Positions 59,138-64,000 of a stretch of 64,000 nt of DNA are shown one piece after another (position 1 is the stretch's first letter; the number at the start of each line of letters is the position of its first letter). The DNA lies in IMG/VR virus record IMGVR_UViG_3300026875_000002; one strand, 5' to 3'. The position numbers and the translations under genes were made by a program. Under the pieces are notes generated by a model, which saw nothing but the letters and a program-made list of their open reading frames with translations, ran no database searches and was not told the DNA's origin. This DNA is from a virus.

Positions 59138-59857
59138 ATGACTATTAAAAATAAAACACTACCTGTAACAGAGGAAAAATGTATTTTTCCCCTCACAAAT
59201 CTCCGGGGGGAGTATGTATGCACAATTGAATACTCTGGTGATTCACATTATATGGGTGCTACAGAAGATAATTATCATTTGAAATTAACCCCTACCACAA
59301 AAACAGTCAACATGAATGATAATGGGGAATGGGATATCCAGTATTGCGCAGATGCAACAAACCCTGTTGACCCTACATTTGGTAGTACAATCAAGAGTGG
59401 AGTATTTTCAGAGGTGATTCATAAAATAAGAACACGCGTGAATTCAAGGTATGTTTGTGAAATAACAGTAAACCAAGAGGGATCGAATCAAGGATTTATT
59501 CTTGGTTTTTTTGGTTCAAAACAGGTTGATGATAATATAATCTGGACATACACATGGGGTATTGAATCAGACGAACTTGGAACTCACTTTACAAGTAATG
59601 AATCTCAGGAGAGCATACATGATATTGAAGAATTATTCCCTCAGGGTGTACAAACAAGAGTGATATTTGATATTCTTGCAGTGAATGAGGGGGATGATTG
59701 TTATGTGTCAATCAGTATTGGAAACACTACTTTTGAAAATATTGTACAGTTTGATGAACCAGAGGACCTCCGGTTTGGTTTCATGTCAACAGCACCTGAA
59801 GACAAACAGTTAGTAATTCACTCTCTGAAATATACTGAGTGGGATGCGGAAGAATAA
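59138..59857 (+). CDS. Tail-associated beta-sandwich protein (copy of 1381..2100)
   Basis: Identical translation. Confidence 0.45.
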   Translation: MTIKNKTLPVTEEKCIFPLTNLRGEYVCTIEYSGDSHYMGATEDNYHLKLTPTTKTVNMNDNGEWDIQYCADATNPVDPTFGSTIKSGVFSEVIHKIRTRVNSRYVCEITVNQEGSNQGFILGFFGSKQVDDNIIWTYTWGIESDELGTHFTSNESQESIHDIEELFPQGVQTRVIFDILAVNEGDDCYVSISIGNTTFENIVQFDEPEDLRFGFMSTAPEDKQLVIHSLKYTEWDAEE

Positions 59858-61277
59858 TAAAAAAAAACAAAAAGGTAAAGGAATGATAATATTGGTTGAT
59901 GAAATAATAACAAATTTTGACGGGTCAACAATAAACCGGTCAAATAAATTACAGGAACTCATAAATTACTACAATGAAGCATATGGAACTAACCTCTCAG
60001 ACATATGTGACCTCAGTGAAGGTAGTGAGATAAGAACATTTCTAGAAAGTTTTATCGTGGAAAGTATGGATATTGAACGTCAAATGTATGCATTATTCGA
60101 GCAGACGTTCACAAAATACGCAACAGGATACTTCCTAGACCTCAAAGCATGTGAACAAAAAATAAGTAGAAAACAAGGAAATGTTGCAACAGGGACGGTA
60201 ACATTCACCTTATCTGAAACACAAACTGAAGACTATACTATACCCCAAGGGACTGTGATTCTTCATAGGCAAACGGGTAATGAATATATTTTGAGTAGTG
60301 ATGTAACAATACAAAAGGACACCTATAGTGCGGATGGTATTGTGTACAGTAGACTACTTGGTAGTGAATATAATGCTGAACCTGATACTTTAACCGCTTT
60401 TGAAGATATAATCAGCGTACCAAGTAACCTTGAAGTAACCAATAATGCTGCGATTACTGAGGGAGAATCAGTAGAAACCGATGACAGTCTACGTGAACGT
60501 ATATACAACGCACGTCGTGAAAGGGCGAATGGTACTATCACTGCATATACTAATATGCTTCTCGCACTCGAGGGGGTACATGATGTATCATTTGTAAACC
60601 CCTCAAGGATGACTAATCATTACAAAACAGTGGTTAACGCTGATGGTACAACTAGTAATGTTCATTGTACTGATTGTACGAGGGTTATTCTTGTGAATGA
60701 TGAGAATAGTAAGCCTTGTCGACAGAGTGTACTTGAAAATGTTGAAAACGTCATGACGAATCAGGACAATATTATTATAGGGCATATGTTTCATGTTCAA
60801 CCTGCGACAGTTGCAAGTAGGTGTTTTGATGTAACATTGTATTATTCGGATAGTCGTGTGTATGAGAAGGATGTTGTTGACGCAATCACATCATACTTTG
60901 ATGGAGGGGTTGTAGGAACACGAAATTTCACGGGACTTAATATAGGGGAAGATATCAGAAAAAGTAAAATGATTACCGCAATTGAAGAGGTGCCAGGCGT
61001 GGATCAGGTGGAATCTATAGTGCTCACAAGATATAACAAGGATCTTCCAACAAATATCAAATACTGGACAAAAAATAGTGCAACTGATTATAGCTACCAA
61101 GATACTGATGGATTTGTATACCATAGAGGAACCTCCCAGAGCAGTATCAACAGGTGGGGGTCACGTAATTTTAACACAATCCCTGTGTATGATTGGCAAA
61201 TTGCCAGTTTTATTTCAAAAACTAGGCTGGACCCTGAGGCTACGAATGATATTGGATTAACTCAATACCCCGCATGA
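59844..61277 (+). CDS. Baseplate J-like protein (copy of 2087..3520)
   Basis: Identical translation. Confidence 0.85.
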   Translation: MRKNNKKKQKGKGMIILVDEIITNFDGSTINRSNKLQELINYYNEAYGTNLSDICDLSEGSEIRTFLESFIVESMDIERQMYALFEQTFTKYATGYFLDLKACEQKISRKQGNVATGTVTFTLSETQTEDYTIPQGTVILHRQTGNEYILSSDVTIQKDTYSADGIVYSRLLGSEYNAEPDTLTAFEDIISVPSNLEVTNNAAITEGESVETDDSLRERIYNARRERANGTITAYTNMLLALEGVHDVSFVNPSRMTNHYKTVVNADGTTSNVHCTDCTRVILVNDENSKPCRQSVLENVENVMTNQDNIIIGHMFHVQPATVASRCFDVTLYYSDSRVYEKDVVDAITSYFDGGVVGTRNFTGLNIGEDIRKSKMITAIEEVPGVDQVESIVLTRYNKDLPTNIKYWTKNSATDYSYQDTDGFVYHRGTSQSSINRWGSRNFNTIPVYDWQIASFISKTRLDPEATNDIGLTQYPA

Positions 61278-61288
61278 GGTGACAAAGT

Positions 61289-61771
61289 ATGACAAATAGA
61301 TGGACTCCTATAGAGAATAGACTACATGAAGAAAGTGCATTACACTACCCAGATAACACGATGCGGCGAATACTCGAACCACTCTTAAATGGTCTGTTTG
61401 ACGCGATAGAAGAGGAAATGAATGATATTATCTATGAATGTTTCCTCCTCACCAGCACTGGACAGTACCTAGATTTTTTCGGCGTGGAAATAGGACTTAC
61501 ACGTGAAAATGATGAAAGTGATAATGAGTATAGACAAAGATTGTTCAATGCACTTTCAGAGTACTTGAGTGTCAGTTTTGTGAAACTTCAAGGAATAATA
61601 CTATACGCAAAAGAAGAATTGTACAATGATATCCGGATAAATATGACTAGTCAAAATCCCTATATGAGCAATATTTATGCAGGGATACCTCGAAATGATG
61701 TAAGTAGCAGATTCTTGTTATACGATATGATTTATGAGTATACTGTCTGTCATTATGTGAAGGGGTGGTAA
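61289..61771 (+). CDS. Baseplate wedge protein (copy of 3532..4014)
   Basis: Identical translation. Confidence 0.7.
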   Translation: MTNRWTPIENRLHEESALHYPDNTMRRILEPLLNGLFDAIEEEMNDIIYECFLLTSTGQYLDFFGVEIGLTRENDESDNEYRQRLFNALSEYLSVSFVKLQGIILYAKEELYNDIRINMTSQNPYMSNIYAGIPRNDVSSRFLLYDMIYEYTVCHYVKGW

Positions 61772-61774
61772 TTT

Positions 61775-64000
61775 TTGATGCCTAGTTACCATCATCTTCT
61801 TGAAGCCGATTTTGCACAAATAGAACACATCAACCAGATTATACACAATAATATCATTCATGATAGCTGGGAATGCTTTGACACAGCATTATTACTTGAA
61901 CAACACCCCCAGTATGGGGTGTATAATTCTACAAATCCTCGGAGTAGTAAAATCACAAAGAATGTTACAGATGTACGATACAATAGTTTTCTGGTGAATA
62001 TTGATACTATTTCTTATGCAGATTACAAGGCATATATGTATACTTTTGAAGTAAGGAACGTCCTGTGGGATGGTGCGTACAAAATTACGCGGAGCAAAAA
62101 TAATAATAATGACCCTGACATAACACATAAAGGGGTTGTACAAGTAACAAAAGGCACTGATGACAATACAATCAATATTTATGTTGAGGGTGAGGGATGT
62201 GAGGATATTCGTGTTTGTTTCCATATGAGTCAGGCGGGAACGGGCAGAAATATCAGTACAAGCAGTATTATCATACAGAACGATGACTTGTATGAAGAAC
62301 AATATGACAAAAGCTTCAATCACACTGGTAAAGTTGTAGATGCACTAGGAAAACCCCTGTCAAATGTGGAACTAACATTATCAGCGTGTACTAGTGAGGG
62401 GCTTGACACCGAAGGAGGGATTCCTTCATGTGTTGGGAAAAGGAGTGATAAAAATGGAAATTACACACTCACATATGGAGCTACGGACAGACCTGGTTTG
62501 TACTATGCCAAAATCACTGCAAAGCAGGGGCTGTTCGAAGTATCAAAAGTAATTCAAGTGAACAAAATACAGGAAAACAAAAGAGGTGTAATATGGGGTG
62601 ATGAAAAACAGTACACTGGGGTGTGGAAAGGAAGTATTAAAGAGTTTAAGATACACATCGCGGTGTACAACAAGTATAACATACATGACCCTGATTTGGA
62701 TAAACAACTTATAGGTAGTAGAGTGAATGTGACTATGATTAATCCTCACACAAAGGAACAGGTATCACAAACATGCACGATTCAACAGGATGGCTATATA
62801 ACCCCTCGTGTGAATTACAGGAGATATTATGAGGATAAAAGTATCCTCCGTGTGAGTCTTGAAGCAAATACAGCGTTTGGTACGGTAATCAGCGAACGAG
62901 AGGTAACTCATGAGTATGCAAAAGCAACCAGTTGGGTAAACTTGAACACAATGATTTCAAGTGATGATGGTCCTGATTGGGTTATGGTCCCTGCAAGTAC
63001 TATCTCACCAAATGAGGATATTCAAACAATAACTATTGCACGGGATATCACCATTTGTGGAACAAAAGGAACAAATGCCTGCAAAATTGACGGACTGGAT
63101 AAATACAATCCATTCGTAGTTTCAAATAGTAGTCCTGCTACTGATAATAGTATAAAATTCAGACTTATTGGCGTATCTATTTATAATTGTACCCCCGCAA
63201 TTCTAGTGAACGAGGGTAGTGCATTGTACATTGATAAATGTGTGTTCAGAGGTAATTCTCATCCTGCACATCATCACAAAGGCTGTTGTATATACACGCG
63301 TAATACTGATTTCACAAATAAACAGCATAACCTTTTCCAAACTCACGTCACAAACAGTACTTTTTACAACAATGTAGGAAATGAGATACAAAGTATAGGG
63401 GAATCTCATCTCGATCATAACTTATTCAGGACAGATAATAGTAAATATCTCATGCAACCCGAACCAAAAGTTGTTAGTGTGGTGGCGGGGGAGGTAACAT
63501 ACAAGTATAACAAGTCACACATCAAAATCACAGATAAAGAAATGACAAGTAATCATTCCTATGCAAAAGCATTGGCGTACGTATACCGTGGAGCAAAATT
63601 TAATGGAAGAGGTCCAAATCAGTTGTATGGAGATATGACCTTGCCTCTTTATGATGATCCTTGGTATAACCAGGCGTATACTTACGCCATATATTACTAT
63701 CCTTACCTCCACAGGCCAACAAAAATTGTATGTAGCCCTCGGAAAGGTTTTGAACGGAAATCGACGGGGCACGGGAGTAGTTCGAAACGATGGATTTTCT
63801 ACGATGGATACTATTTTATACGAAGAGAACAGGGAAAAGGAAACAAGAATGATCCTTGGACTAGCACAGAACTAGCAATCCCTGTGAATACAGGGATATA
63901 TGATTCATATTATGATGAATTCACACAAAAAGAATACGACCCAAGATTAAGCAGTTATAAAACCCGAAAAGAAACAAAATTCATGCCGGACACATGGTGA
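61775..64000 (+). CDS. Tail fibre/adhesin beta-helix protein (copy of 4018..6243)
   Basis: Identical translation. Confidence 0.65.
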   Translation: MMPSYHHLLEADFAQIEHINQIIHNNIIHDSWECFDTALLLEQHPQYGVYNSTNPRSSKITKNVTDVRYNSFLVNIDTISYADYKAYMYTFEVRNVLWDGAYKITRSKNNNNDPDITHKGVVQVTKGTDDNTINIYVEGEGCEDIRVCFHMSQAGTGRNISTSSIIIQNDDLYEEQYDKSFNHTGKVVDALGKPLSNVELTLSACTSEGLDTEGGIPSCVGKRSDKNGNYTLTYGATDRPGLYYAKITAKQGLFEVSKVIQVNKIQENKRGVIWGDEKQYTGVWKGSIKEFKIHIAVYNKYNIHDPDLDKQLIGSRVNVTMINPHTKEQVSQTCTIQQDGYITPRVNYRRYYEDKSILRVSLEANTAFGTVISEREVTHEYAKATSWVNLNTMISSDDGPDWVMVPASTISPNEDIQTITIARDITICGTKGTNACKIDGLDKYNPFVVSNSSPATDNSIKFRLIGVSIYNCTPAILVNEGSALYIDKCVFRGNSHPAHHHKGCCIYTRNTDFTNKQHNLFQTHVTNSTFYNNVGNEIQSIGESHLDHNLFRTDNSKYLMQPEPKVVSVVAGEVTYKYNKSHIKITDKEMTSNHSYAKALAYVYRGAKFNGRGPNQLYGDMTLPLYDDPWYNQAYTYAIYYYPYLHRPTKIVCSPRKGFERKSTGHGSSSKRWIFYDGYYFIRREQGKGNKNDPWTSTELAIPVNTGIYDSYYDEFTQKEYDPRLSSYKTRKETKFMPDTW

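Larger units (their letters stand above)
1..64000 (+). mobile_element. Complete temperate myovirus-like archaeal virus genome (Caudoviricetes), 57,757-bp unit, probable Methanobacteriales host
   Basis: Full packaging/head/contractile-tail gene set, integrase, Cdc6, histone and pseudomurein-type peptidases; the sequence wraps around with offset 57,757. Confidence 0.93.
57758..64000. repeat. Copy 2 of 6,243-bp direct repeat (circular wrap-around)
   Basis: Matches 1-6243 wherever compared. Confidence 0.97.

Noticed and set aside
51330-59857. Diversity-generating retroelement acting on adhesin C-termini
   Set aside because: No reverse transcriptase ORF in the complete unit, and no TR/VR pair differing at adenines was noticed.
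57758-64000. Apparent duplication of six tail/baseplate genes
   Set aside because: Matches 1-6243 at a fixed offset and begins mid-gene; this is circular wrap-around, not paralogy.

Overview
The window is a complete, circularly permuted genome of a temperate head-tail archaeal virus with a contractile tail. The unit length is 57,757 bp, and bases 1-6243 recur at 57758-64000. The host is almost certainly a pseudomurein-walled methanogen (Methanobacteriales, Methanosphaera/Methanobrevibacter-like), judged from an HMf-type histone, Orc1/Cdc6, a GINS-like protein, a TFB zinc ribbon, Methanobacteriales-type mini-ORB boxes, pseudomurein-type peptidases and adhesin-like proteins. Layout: integration/replication (10.4-13.9 kb); an AT-rich accessory cassette with a proteasome-beta-like Ntn hydrolase and a RelBE-type pair (15.7-18.6 kb); a candidate origin/operator hub (18.6-19.0 kb); early genes (19-24.2 kb); a host-mimicry locus with a tRNA-like element, histone and TFB ribbon (24.2-25.5 kb); holin-like genes; packaging and head; tail, baseplate and adhesins. 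The strongest candidate for an undescribed system is a MuF head protein fused to a divergent Vip2-type ADP-ribosyltransferase, followed by a small immunity-like gene. No CRISPR array, reverse transcriptase/DGR, rRNA or canonical tRNA was seen. All assignments are from motif reading by eye; no database searches were run.
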